From Lysobacterales bacterium (GTDB lineage Bacteria > Pseudomonadota > Gammaproteobacteria > Xanthomonadales > Xanthomonadaceae), in the NCBI GenBank assembly GCA_038323895.1, contig JBBQHK010000012.1, forward strand, positions 170 through 64,169: a DNA stretch of 64,000 nt, read 5' to 3'. Position 1 is the stretch's first letter. Each line of letters opens with the position of its first letter. The position numbers and the translations under genes are program-made. This document shows, piece after piece, positions 53,083-62,037 of the stretch. A model generated the notes under the pieces. The model ran no database searches. It was given only the letters and a program-made list of their open reading frames with translations, and had not been told where the DNA came from.

Positions 53083-53591
53083 AGTTCGACCTCCCTTACC
53101 TGCTTCCAGCCGATCTGCCGCACGTAGAACTTACCAATCGGCCGGCCGTCGCGGCTGACCTGCACATAGACCGTGTAAAGGCCCATGAGATAGTTGCCCG
53201 CGGTCCCGTTCTGGTAACGATTCGGCTGTGGATCCTCCACCGTTGCGCTGCGCCAGGACACGGTCATGTCGCCGATGGTGCGCGCGCCGCTGGGTGACTC
53301 CATCGGATTGCTGCGCCGTACCAGGTCGAGCGCCGAGGCAAACGCAACTTCCTGCTCCTGCCGCAGGCGCACGCGGTCGAGCGTGATGACATTCGTGGAC
53401 AGCCAACCGTAGAGCGCAAACGCACCCAGGCTGAACACCACCATCGCCACGATTGCTTCCAGCAGGGTGAAGCCGGCTGCCTTGGCGGGACTGCCGCCAG
53501 TTCGGCTGAATGCCCGAGGGCTGCACCCGAGGGCCGGATTGACACCCCGCGCCCTGCGCGACGAAACGAATTGGCGCGGGCGCGGACTCAA
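53079..53591 (-). CDS. gspI: T2SS minor pseudopilin I
   Basis: G|FTLLEAIVA motif; position; long leader with TTG start. Confidence 0.75.
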   Translation of the reverse strand: MSPRPRQFVSSRRARGVNPALGCSPRAFSRTGGSPAKAAGFTLLEAIVAMVVFSLGAFALYGWLSTNVITLDRVRLRQEQEVAFASALDLVRRSNPMESPSGARTIGDMTVSWRSATVEDPQPNRYQNGTAGNYLMGLYTVYVQVSRDGRPIGKFYVRQIGWKQVREVEL

Positions 53592-53974
53592 GGTTGCACG
53601 ACCGGATCACAGAAGGGGGATGCCACCTTGATCATCCGGGTGCCATACGCATTGCCAATCTCCATCTCGCCGCCTTCGCAGACGCCATTGGCGTGCACGC
53701 GCCATGGCGCGGGCACCCGCAGCGTCCAGTCGGCGGCAACGTGCAATGGCGGCTTGCCCGCAGCCAATGCCTCATCACTGACGACAACCGCTCGGCCCGT
53801 CGCGCGTGCATTGCCGGGCAGTGCACGGATCTGGTCCAGCAGGCTGGCTTGCTCCGCCTGCCGGCGCCAGGTATCGATGCTGCGCAATGCCGCAGGCGCG
53901 ACCATCGCCGTCGCCAGCCCGAGGATCGCCAGCACCACGATCATTTCTAGCAAGGTGAAGCCCTGCTGCCGCAT
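53588..53974 (-). CDS. gspH: T2SS minor pseudopilin H (short)
   Basis: G|FTLLEMIVV motif, NGVCEGG; follows gspG. Confidence 0.75.
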   Translation of the reverse strand: MRQQGFTLLEMIVVLAILGLATAMVAPAALRSIDTWRRQAEQASLLDQIRALPGNARATGRAVVVSDEALAAGKPPLHVAADWTLRVPAPWRVHANGVCEGGEMEIGNAYGTRMIKVASPFCDPVVQP

Positions 53975-53985
53975 GCCCCGGCCGG

Positions 53986-54468
53986 TCAGTTGGCGCGCGG
54001 CGAACCTGGCGCTATGCCAGGCACGCTGCCGACGTCGGCGTCCTGGCCTTCACCACCTGCCTTGCCGTCTGCGCCGAACGAATACAGCGTGTACGGCTGG
54101 GTGCCGCTGGGTACCGGCGAGTACTGGTAGGGGTTGCCCCATGGATCCGTCGGCACCGCATCGCTGAGGTACGGACCTGCCCAACCATTGGCGCTGGCGG
54201 CATTGGCGGGCTTGTTGGTCAGCAGCAACAGGCCTTCCTGTTCGGTCGGCCAGCGACTGATGTCCAGGCGCATGGTCTGCAGCGCCCCGCCCAGCATCTT
54301 GACCTGGGTGCCAGCGGTCTGGACCTTGGCCTTGTCGGCCTGGCCGAACAGGCGCGGGCCCACCAGCCCCATGATCAGTCCGATGATCACCAGCACCACG
54401 ATCATTTCCAGCAACGTAAAACCCTGTTGCCGTGCGGGCCTGGAACGGTTGTGGTGGTGCATGGTCAT
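53986..54468 (-). CDS. gspG: T2SS major pseudopilin G
   Basis: G|FTLLEMIVV, PTEQEGL, WAGPYL, DPWGNPYQY, SFGADG. Confidence 0.93.
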   Translation of the reverse strand: MTMHHHNRSRPARQQGFTLLEMIVVLVIIGLIMGLVGPRLFGQADKAKVQTAGTQVKMLGGALQTMRLDISRWPTEQEGLLLLTNKPANAASANGWAGPYLSDAVPTDPWGNPYQYSPVPSGTQPYTLYSFGADGKAGGEGQDADVGSVPGIAPGSPRAN

Positions 54469-54507
54469 ACCTCGGGTCAATCGGCTCAGGTGAATCGGTG
54501 CCAGCGG

Positions 54508-55704
54508 TCAAACCGCCAGGTCGTTGGCGCTGGTAATGGCCAGGATCACGCCAAGGATAATGGTGCCGATCATGCTGCCTATCACCAGGATGGCGATCGG
54601 CTCCAGCAGGATCAGCACCCGCTTCATGCGGTTACGGCCCGCCTCTTCATACAGCCTGGCCAATGAATCCAGCATGGATGCCAGCTTGCCGGAGCGCTCG
54701 CCCACGCGAACCAGGTTGTAACCGGTCGCGGTCAGCGCGTCATGGTCCTCCAGCGCATCAGCCAGGGTGGCACCTCCGCGCACCGCGCGGGTCACCTCAC
54801 CCATGCGCGCGCGCCGTTGCGGCAATTGCAGGCCTGCCTGCGCAAGCTCCAGGCCACGCATCAGCGGCACCCGGTTCCCCAGCAGCGCGCCCAGCACCTT
54901 CGCCCACCGCGCGGTATCGGACTCGACCAGCCATGGGCCGACCACCGGCCAGCGCGAAAGCGCGTCCAAGGCCCGCGCACGCAGCTCCGGCTTGCGCGCG
55001 GCCCAGGCGACACCAGTGCCTGTTGCGGCGACCATCGCCATCAGCAGCCAGAAGTTTTCGCGGGTCCAGGTGCCGAATGCCAGCACGATCCAGGCAAGCA
55101 ACGGCAGGTCATCGGCCTGCTCCAGCAGCGACGCGAACTTCGGTACCACGAAGATGAACATGATGGCGACTGCCGCAATGCCCGCCACCACCAGTACCGC
55201 CGGGTAGATCAACGCATTGCGCATCTCGTTGCGCAGCTGCTGCTCGTATTCAAGCTGGGTACCGGCATCGCGCAGTGCCTTGCCGAGCTCACCGGTCATT
55301 TCGCCGGCACGGGCCAGCTGCACCACGTATTCCGGCAACGGCAGGCCGCTCTTGGACAGCGTCGCCGAAAACGCCTGGCCACGTTGCAGGTCGCGCGACA
55401 TTCCGGCGAACGCCTGCACGATCCTTGGGTGATGCGCACCCAGCGCCTGGCTGCCGACCGCGTCGGCAATACTCACGCCCGACGTCAGCATGGTCGCCAG
55501 TTCCTGCAACGCCAGTATCACGTCGCCGTGGCGCAGGCGGCCGCGTCGTTCCTTGCCGCCACCCAGCTCACCGGATCGCACCTCGATCACCGACAACCCG
55601 CGCCGCTCCAGCTGGCGCGCGGCGTCGCGCTCGCTGTCAGCGCGCAACATGCCCTCCAGGCTGACACCGGCGCTGTTCAGGGCCTGGTAGTGATAACGGG
55701 GCAT
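54508..55704 (-). CDS. gspF: T2SS inner-membrane platform protein F
   Basis: ELATMLTSG, AGEMTGEL, ALIYP, VGERSGKL, LLEP. Confidence 0.93.
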   Translation of the reverse strand: MPRYHYQALNSAGVSLEGMLRADSERDAARQLERRGLSVIEVRSGELGGGKERRGRLRHGDVILALQELATMLTSGVSIADAVGSQALGAHHPRIVQAFAGMSRDLQRGQAFSATLSKSGLPLPEYVVQLARAGEMTGELGKALRDAGTQLEYEQQLRNEMRNALIYPAVLVVAGIAAVAIMFIFVVPKFASLLEQADDLPLLAWIVLAFGTWTRENFWLLMAMVAATGTGVAWAARKPELRARALDALSRWPVVGPWLVESDTARWAKVLGALLGNRVPLMRGLELAQAGLQLPQRRARMGEVTRAVRGGATLADALEDHDALTATGYNLVRVGERSGKLASMLDSLARLYEEAGRNRMKRVLILLEPIAILVIGSMIGTIILGVILAITSANDLAV

Positions 55705-55708
55705 TCGA

Positions 55709-57412
55709 TCAGGTACCGGTCACGCGCAGCACTTCCTCGACCGTGGTCACGCCCTGCCACGCCTTGAGCAGGCCGTCATCGCGCAGGAAGCGATGGCCTT
55801 CCTCTCGCGCGAGTTTTTTCATGTCATTGACCGACGCGCCGCTGACAATCAGGTGCTGCATCGCCTCCGACACGGGCACCATTTCATAGATGCCAAGGCG
55901 CCCGCGGTAACCTGTGTTCATGCAGTGGGCGCAACCCACCGCTTCCATCCACCGTGGCGCAATGCCGGGCAGGACAGCGTGGGCGAAGCGGGCGGCCTCT
56001 GCCTCGATCTTTTCCGGAACCCGGGTCGGGCGCGTGCAGCTGCTGCACAGCCGGCGAACCAGCCGCTGCGCCTGCACGGCGCGGATCGGGGTGGCGACCA
56101 GGAAGGGCTCGACGCCCATGTCAATAAGTCGGGTGAATGCACTGATCGCATCATTCGTATGCAAGGTGCTCAACACCAGGTGGCCGGTGAGCGCCGCCTG
56201 CACCGCGATCTCCGCGGTTTCCAGGTCACGGATTTCGCCGATCATGATCACGTCCGGATCCTGGCGCAGGATCGAGCGCAAGGCATTGGCAAACGTCAGG
56301 CCGATTTCCGGATGTGCCTGGATCTGGGTAACCGCCGGCAACTGGAACTCGACCGGGTCCTCGACCGTGATGATTTTCTTCAGGCCATCATTGGCTGCTG
56401 CCAGCGATGCGTACAGGGTCGTGGATTTGCCCGAACCGGTCGGACCGGTGACCAGCACGATGCCATTGGCCTCCGCGGTCCACTGCTTCATCAGCGCCAG
56501 GTGGTCGGCCTCGAACCCCAGCCGCTCCAGCCCGAGCTCCTTGCGCTCCTTCGGCAGCAGGCGCATCACGATCGACTCGCCATGCACGCCGGGCAGTGCG
56601 GACACACGGATGTCCATTTCCTGGCCACCGACACGCGTGGACATGCGTCCGTCCTGCGGCAGGCGCCTTTCAGCGATGTCCATGCCGGAGATCAGCTTGA
56701 GCCGCGAGGCCACCGCATCGAAGCGGTCGCGCGGAAGTTGCAAACGCGTATGCAGCACGCCATCGATGCGAAAGCGCACCGCGAAGATGCGCTCTTCAGG
56801 CTCCAGGTGGATGTCCGATGCGCGCTGTTCGACCGCCTGTGCCATCAGGTTGCTCACCAGTTCAACGACCGGTGCTTCCTCGGCCATGGCGCGCAATTGC
56901 TGTTCGTCGCCGCCTTCGAAGCCGTCGGCACGGGCATGGTGGGAAAGGCTATCCAGCATCCGCTCGAGGTCCTGCGCACGGCACAGGCACCAGTGGATGT
57001 GACGACCGGGAAACGCGTGCTGCATCGATTCGCGTAGCGCAGGTAGCAACGGATCACGCGCCGCGCACAGCAGGTCACTGCCCTCGCCAGGCCATACCAG
57101 CACCTGCTGGTCCAGCAACCAGTCGATCCCGGCCGGCGCCAGTGCGGCGGTCAGCCTGACCATGTCCTCGTCCGGCACCGGCACCTCGGCGCCCATCACC
57201 GGCAAGCCCAGCTGGCGGCTGAGCACCTGCAGCAGGTTGTCCTCGCTGAGCGCGCCAATGCGCATCAGCACGTTGCCGATGCGCCCGCCGATCTTCTGTT
57301 GCAATGCCAGGCCGCGTTCGAGGTCGGCGGGGCCGACAAGGCCGGCGTCCAGCAGCAACTCGCCCAGCAGGCGATCGCGCGGGGCAGCCCGCAACGCAGG
57401 TTCAGAGGACAT
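55709..57412 (-). CDS. gspE: T2SS ATPase E
   Basis: ASDIHLE, DIAERRLPQDGR, GPTGSGKSTT, LRQDPD, TLHTN, CxxC pairs. Confidence 0.95.
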   Translation of the reverse strand: MSSEPALRAAPRDRLLGELLLDAGLVGPADLERGLALQQKIGGRIGNVLMRIGALSEDNLLQVLSRQLGLPVMGAEVPVPDEDMVRLTAALAPAGIDWLLDQQVLVWPGEGSDLLCAARDPLLPALRESMQHAFPGRHIHWCLCRAQDLERMLDSLSHHARADGFEGGDEQQLRAMAEEAPVVELVSNLMAQAVEQRASDIHLEPEERIFAVRFRIDGVLHTRLQLPRDRFDAVASRLKLISGMDIAERRLPQDGRMSTRVGGQEMDIRVSALPGVHGESIVMRLLPKERKELGLERLGFEADHLALMKQWTAEANGIVLVTGPTGSGKSTTLYASLAAANDGLKKIITVEDPVEFQLPAVTQIQAHPEIGLTFANALRSILRQDPDVIMIGEIRDLETAEIAVQAALTGHLVLSTLHTNDAISAFTRLIDMGVEPFLVATPIRAVQAQRLVRRLCSSCTRPTRVPEKIEAEAARFAHAVLPGIAPRWMEAVGCAHCMNTGYRGRLGIYEMVPVSEAMQHLIVSGASVNDMKKLAREEGHRFLRDDGLLKAWQGVTTVEEVLRVTGT

Positions 57413-58202
57413 CGGCGAATCCCTTCTTGAGCTTGGTGAAGACCCACAGGCCGAACAGATAAATCGCCACGGCAGCCAGCGAATAGTGCGCCAGTGCGTC
57501 CCATTGCGGCCACTGCGCGTCGAACAGCACGCGCCGCAACTGTTCAGTGGGCACCGTGATCGGATTCAGTGCAAGCCAGGGCTGCACCGCCGCGGGCATC
57601 GCTGATCGCGGGTAGAACACCGGGCCCAGGAACATGCTCATCATGATCAACGGACCGATGATCTGGTTGATGTCCCGCAGGTACACGCCCAACGCGGCAA
57701 TCAGCCAGATCAGGCCCATGAGCAGCACCACGAAGGGCAGCACGATGACCGGCAGGGACAGCAGCGTCCAGTACACGCCGGTTCCCAGCGCTGCGTTGAG
57801 CACCACCAGCACCAGCATTGCCATCATCGAATGGAACAGCCCGGTCAACAGATTGACCCAGGCCAGCGTTTCCAGGGGAAACACGACTTTAGTGACATAG
57901 TTCGGCTGGGACGTGATCAACATCGGGGCCCGGCCCAGGGTTTCTGACAACAGACCGTGAATCACCATGCCGGCCAGCAGGCGCAAGGCGAACATGCCGA
58001 TGCCCTGGTCTTCCGCGCCCGGCCAGCGGGTCGGGGCGATCACCCCGAACACCAGGGTGTAGACCCCGAGCAGCAGCAGCGGCGTGAGCAACGACCATAA
58101 AGAGCCCAGCAGCGAGCCCCTATAGCGGCCGCTTACCTCACGCCAGGTCAGGATGCGGATCAGCGCCTGATGGTGCCAGGGGTGGGCGAGGTCTGTGAGC
58201 AC
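57402..58202 (-). CDS. wzm: Polysaccharide ABC exporter permease
   Basis: REVSGRYRGSLLGSLWSLLTPLL, YVTKVVFP, LGVYLRDI, PVFYP, LNP, KKGFADVL; GTG start 58202 assumed. Confidence 0.9.
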   Translation of the reverse strand: MLTDLAHPWHHQALIRILTWREVSGRYRGSLLGSLWSLLTPLLLLGVYTLVFGVIAPTRWPGAEDQGIGMFALRLLAGMVIHGLLSETLGRAPMLITSQPNYVTKVVFPLETLAWVNLLTGLFHSMMAMLVLVVLNAALGTGVYWTLLSLPVIVLPFVVLLMGLIWLIAALGVYLRDINQIIGPLIMMSMFLGPVFYPRSAMPAAVQPWLALNPITVPTEQLRRVLFDAQWPQWDALAHYSLAAVAIYLFGLWVFTKLKKGFADVL

Positions 58203-58426
58203 GCGACGGTTTGGGATAAACGGCCAGTTTCCAACGACAAACGGTAATGACCTGTCGTTCGCTGTGTAAAAGTGAGGCCGCAAGTCTAACCGGAGGCGCT
58301 CGCTCAGATAGTCGATATAGGCTGAATGGCCGGCAACCTGCCGCAGAATGTCTACAACTGACGTCAAACGCACAGATGCGACGGCACCTCCGATCAGTCC
58401 CGCAACCCGTTCAGATACAACAGGTA

Positions 58427-58455
58427 TTGACGATTCCTTAACGCTAGGTTAGCGT
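58427..58455 (+). promoter_or_regulatory. Candidate sigma70 promoter for the 641-aa gene, overlapped by a small palindrome
   Basis: TTGACG-17 bp-TAGCGT; ACGCTA-ggt-TAGCGT inverted repeat at 58441-58455. Confidence 0.5.
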
Positions 58456-58653
58456 CCGCATTGCAGCTTGATCAACCAGGGGATGGGGGAACCGCGTTTG
58501 GCCGCTGGCCGCCGCATTCTGCGTAACAGTCAAAGTCCACCCTTGGAAGTAACCGGTTGCCGGAGGCCCTGCCTCCTGGTACCGGGCAAGGGCCGTGCAA
58601 TCGGAAACAAGTTGCAACAATCCGTAATACCAACTGACAGGAGTTAGTTAGAC

Positions 58654-60579
58654 ATGTCTAGCATGAAGAAGAACATCCTCGCCGTAGCCCTCGTGGCCGG
58701 CCTGGGTATGGCCGGCGCCGCTGCGGCTTACAACTACGGTACGGCCGCATTCGCGACCACCGAAACCACCGGCGACAGCTCGGCCACCAATCCGGCCGGC
58801 ATCCTGGTCCCTGAAAACGTTGCCTATCAGCAGCTGTTCGCGCCGAACTACAACTACACGATGGCCGAAGACTTGGTGTTTGACATCCAGATCCCGGACA
58901 ACGCGGTGCAGGTCACCACCGGCTTCACCGTTCGCGTCAGGCTGAACCGCAACGCCTGCGTGCCGTCTGGCGCGCCATTCCCGGCTCCGGACACCAGCTG
59001 CGCCACCACTGCGGATGGCGCCAAGTTCAACACCGCCAATATCCCGGTTGCCGGCAACGGCCCGGGTCAGCTTGAGCTGAACGCCGTGCTGATCGCTGCT
59101 GGCTGGCAGGTGCAGTTCGACGGCTACTACGACAACGGCGAGACGGCGTCCATCCGCATCATCCCGGCACTCGGCAACAACGCCAACCCGGGCACCGGCG
59201 TGCTGTTGCGTTGGCACAATGCACAGCTGACCAGCCTGAATGAATTCGCGGTGGGCCTCACCACGAAGGTCGATGCCGAATTCTGGATGGTCAATGCAAG
59301 CAACGACGCGCGCTTCGTCAATTCCACCATGTCGCGCACGATCCTGAACCGCGTCACCGGCGTCACCGCTTGCGCCACCCGCGTTGGTGCTGAAACCGAC
59401 AAGTACATCGACGTGGCCGATCGCTGGACCGAAACCACCATGCCGAAGTCGCGCTTCAGCTTCGACGGCAAGCTGGGCACCGCTGTTGACACTGGTTATG
59501 ACTCGCAGTGGATCGACCTCGGCGACGTGACCCTCACCAACAATGGTGCTGGCAACTTTGCGTTCCTGGGCACCGACAACTTCCAGACCGTCATTACCGC
59601 CGGTTCGGACCCGAACGACAACTGGCTGGCATTCGACAACGACCACAACAATGGTTTCGCGCCGTTCAACGACGACGTGTATCTGTCGAACAACGGCTCG
59701 TGCTCCTCGGGCAACTTCATCGCCCGCGGCGAAGTCGAAGGCAATACGGTGACGTTCCAGTACACCGGCGCCTCGGCTGGTCTCCCGGGTGGCCCCGGCT
59801 TGAGCACGACCAACCTGACCGTGTGCGCCTTCGCGGACAGCGACGTCGTGATTGATGACCACAACAACTCGGTCAGCACCACGTTCACCCGTTTGAACTC
59901 CATCCCGACCCCGATCTTCAACGATCCGTCCTGCACCCTGCTGCCGCTGCGTTACAACGGTTCCACGATGGAGATCTTCACCATCAACCCGGCTAGCAAC
60001 ACCACCCAGCGCAGCTTCGTCCGCCTGACCAACCGCGGCCAGACCGCAGGCTACGTTTCCTTGGTCGGTGTGGACAACGCGGGCGTGGAAGCTGCTTCCC
60101 AGGTGCGCGTGTTGATCCCGGCTGGCGCCTCGGTGCAGCTGGACGCCTCGGACCTCGAGAACGGCACCAACGGCGCGATTGGCGCTTGGGGTGCTCCGAC
60201 CTCTGGCAAGTGGCGCGCAATCGTCACCGCCGAGTTCCCGGGCCTGGTGGCTTCGAGCATGGTCAACAGCTCGCTGCCGAACGTGCTGACCAACATCACA
60301 GATTCCGATACCCGTGGTGAGCAGTATCACCGTGACTACGAGGAAGGCAACTTCGCCAACAACCCGGGCGAGCGTCCTTCGGACTTCGCGCAGGAAACCA
60401 GCCCGGACTTCCGTGGCAACGGTCAGTCGAACGGCAAGCCAGGTGGCCCGAACGGCAGTGACGGTCCGGCCGGTGGCACCACCGATCCGTGCGGCAACCC
60501 GGGCAATGGCTCCGGTAACGCGCTGGACGGCGGTCACGACCAGAGCAACGAAGATCCGTACTGCTTCCCGGCTCCATAA
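58654..60579 (+). CDS. Secreted 641-aa protein, putative S-layer (surface array) protein
   Basis: Sec signal MKKNILAVALVAGLGMAGAAAA|Y, GGAG RBS, N/T/G/A/D-rich and Lys-poor, biased codons, own terminator, no catalytic motif recognised, no terminal beta-barrel motif, divergent from a T2SS. Confidence 0.65.
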   Translation: MSSMKKNILAVALVAGLGMAGAAAAYNYGTAAFATTETTGDSSATNPAGILVPENVAYQQLFAPNYNYTMAEDLVFDIQIPDNAVQVTTGFTVRVRLNRNACVPSGAPFPAPDTSCATTADGAKFNTANIPVAGNGPGQLELNAVLIAAGWQVQFDGYYDNGETASIRIIPALGNNANPGTGVLLRWHNAQLTSLNEFAVGLTTKVDAEFWMVNASNDARFVNSTMSRTILNRVTGVTACATRVGAETDKYIDVADRWTETTMPKSRFSFDGKLGTAVDTGYDSQWIDLGDVTLTNNGAGNFAFLGTDNFQTVITAGSDPNDNWLAFDNDHNNGFAPFNDDVYLSNNGSCSSGNFIARGEVEGNTVTFQYTGASAGLPGGPGLSTTNLTVCAFADSDVVIDDHNNSVSTTFTRLNSIPTPIFNDPSCTLLPLRYNGSTMEIFTINPASNTTQRSFVRLTNRGQTAGYVSLVGVDNAGVEAASQVRVLIPAGASVQLDASDLENGTNGAIGAWGAPTSGKWRAIVTAEFPGLVASSMVNSSLPNVLTNITDSDTRGEQYHRDYEEGNFANNPGERPSDFAQETSPDFRGNGQSNGKPGGPNGSDGPAGGTTDPCGNPGNGSGNALDGGHDQSNEDPYCFPAP

Positions 60580-60620
60580 GTAGTTGAAGTAGCGATCGAT
60601 CCTGGATCGTGCAAGACATG

Positions 60621-60649
60621 CGGGCGGCCTTCGGGCCGCCCGTTTTTTT
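60621..60649 (+). terminator. Strong intrinsic terminator after the S-layer-like gene
   Basis: CGGGCGGCC-ttcg-GGCCGCCCG-TTTTTTT. Confidence 0.92.
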
Positions 60650-60705
60650 GTCCGCAATAAAGCAGGCTGGCCGCAGTGGCATCGGCGGGTCACAATACGC
60701 GGCTC

Positions 60706-62037
60706 ATGACGTCCACTTCCAAGACCCCGCCCGCCGCAACTGACTCAACCCAGGTCGCCATTCGGGTAAAGGGCGTTTCCAAGTTGTTCCGTACCTGGGC
60801 CAGCCCTGCCCAGCGGTTGATCGTGCCGCTCCTGCACCGTGTTGGCAGCCTGCTGCAGCACCCGCTGCCGGCACTGGCTGCACGCCTGCACGCTTCCGCC
60901 CACCACCGCATCCATCTTCACCAGGCATTGCAGGACATCAGCTTCGAACTGCACCGTGGCGAGGCGCTGGGTATCGTGGGCCTGAACGGCAGTGGCAAAA
61001 GCACGCTGTTGCAGATCATCGCCGGCGTCCTTCCGGCCACATCGGGCCTGGTGGAGACCCACGGCCGTGTCGCCGCCCTGCTGGAGCTGGGTTCAGGCTT
61101 TAATCCCGAGCTGACCGGTCGCGAGAACATCTACATCAACGGCGCAATCCTGGGATTGGGGCGCGCGCGCATCGATGCGCTGATCGGCGACATCATCACG
61201 TTCGCCGACATCGGCGATTACATCGACCAGCCCATCAAGACCTACAGCTCGGGCATGGCCTTGCGCCTGGCGTTTTCGGTGCAGGTGCACATCGACCCGG
61301 ATATCCTGATCGTGGACGAGGCGCTGGCGGTGGGAGACGCCGCCTTCCAGGCCAAGGCCATGACCCGCATCCAGGACATCCTGGCGCGCGGCACCACCCT
61401 GTTGTTCGTTGGCCATGACCTCAACGCGCTGCGCGCTTTCTGCCAGCGCGCGATCCTGCTGGAAGACGGCCGGATGGAGATGCTCGGTTCGCCGGAAGAG
61501 GTCATCGAGGAATATCTGTTCCGCGTGCATGCGAAAGCCACGCCGGCCGACCAGCCCAAGCCGATCCGCATCGAGGAAGGATTTCGAAGCCAGGACGGCG
61601 GCGTGGTCGGGCTGCGCCTGCAGGACGGGGCAAGCCACCTCGCTCTGGGCTTTGGCGGCCCGCTCCAGGTCACCGCCGAACTGCAGCTTGCTGCCGACAT
61701 CAGTGATGCAGCCTGCATCATCGACATCCTCGACGAACGCGGTGTTCCCCTGACCGGGCGACGCATCCGGTTGCCTGAGGCCAGCAATGGCCCGCGCCAC
61801 CTGGAGCTGCGGGTCACGTTCAATGTGCAACTGGCGCATGGTATCTATCGCCTGCGCGCACGGTTGGTGCAGGCGCCGACGCAGCACCAGCACCATCACC
61901 GCGTGTTGTGCCGCTATGAGTCGGGTCTGTCGTTTGAAGTCGTCGACAACTCCATCGAGCGTTTCAGCGGCCTGTTCGCCCTGCCCACCGAGATCAGCAT
62001 CCGCGATTTGACCCGAGATGACCTCCACGCCACCTGA
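60706..62037 (+). CDS. wzt: Polysaccharide ABC exporter ATPase with C-terminal extension (Wzt-C-like)
   Basis: GLNGSGKST, GFNPELTGRENI, YSSGMALRLAF, VDEALAVGD; about 150-aa beta-rich C-domain. Confidence 0.92.
   Translation: MTSTSKTPPAATDSTQVAIRVKGVSKLFRTWASPAQRLIVPLLHRVGSLLQHPLPALAARLHASAHHRIHLHQALQDISFELHRGEALGIVGLNGSGKSTLLQIIAGVLPATSGLVETHGRVAALLELGSGFNPELTGRENIYINGAILGLGRARIDALIGDIITFADIGDYIDQPIKTYSSGMALRLAFSVQVHIDPDILIVDEALAVGDAAFQAKAMTRIQDILARGTTLLFVGHDLNALRAFCQRAILLEDGRMEMLGSPEEVIEEYLFRVHAKATPADQPKPIRIEEGFRSQDGGVVGLRLQDGASHLALGFGGPLQVTAELQLAADISDAACIIDILDERGVPLTGRRIRLPEASNGPRHLELRVTFNVQLAHGIYRLRARLVQAPTQHQHHHRVLCRYESGLSFEVVDNSIERFSGLFALPTEISIRDLTRDDLHAT

Noticed and set aside
46902-57412. 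Cluster considered as type IV pilus or competence genes
   Set aside because: GspG- and GspK-type pseudopilins and GspD-type secretin present; no PilT, PilM or PilA-type major pilin
58648-60693. 681-aa antisense ORF covering the S-layer-like gene
   Set aside because: Shadow of biased sense-strand codons; no signal or motif, and the sense gene has the RBS, signal peptide and terminator
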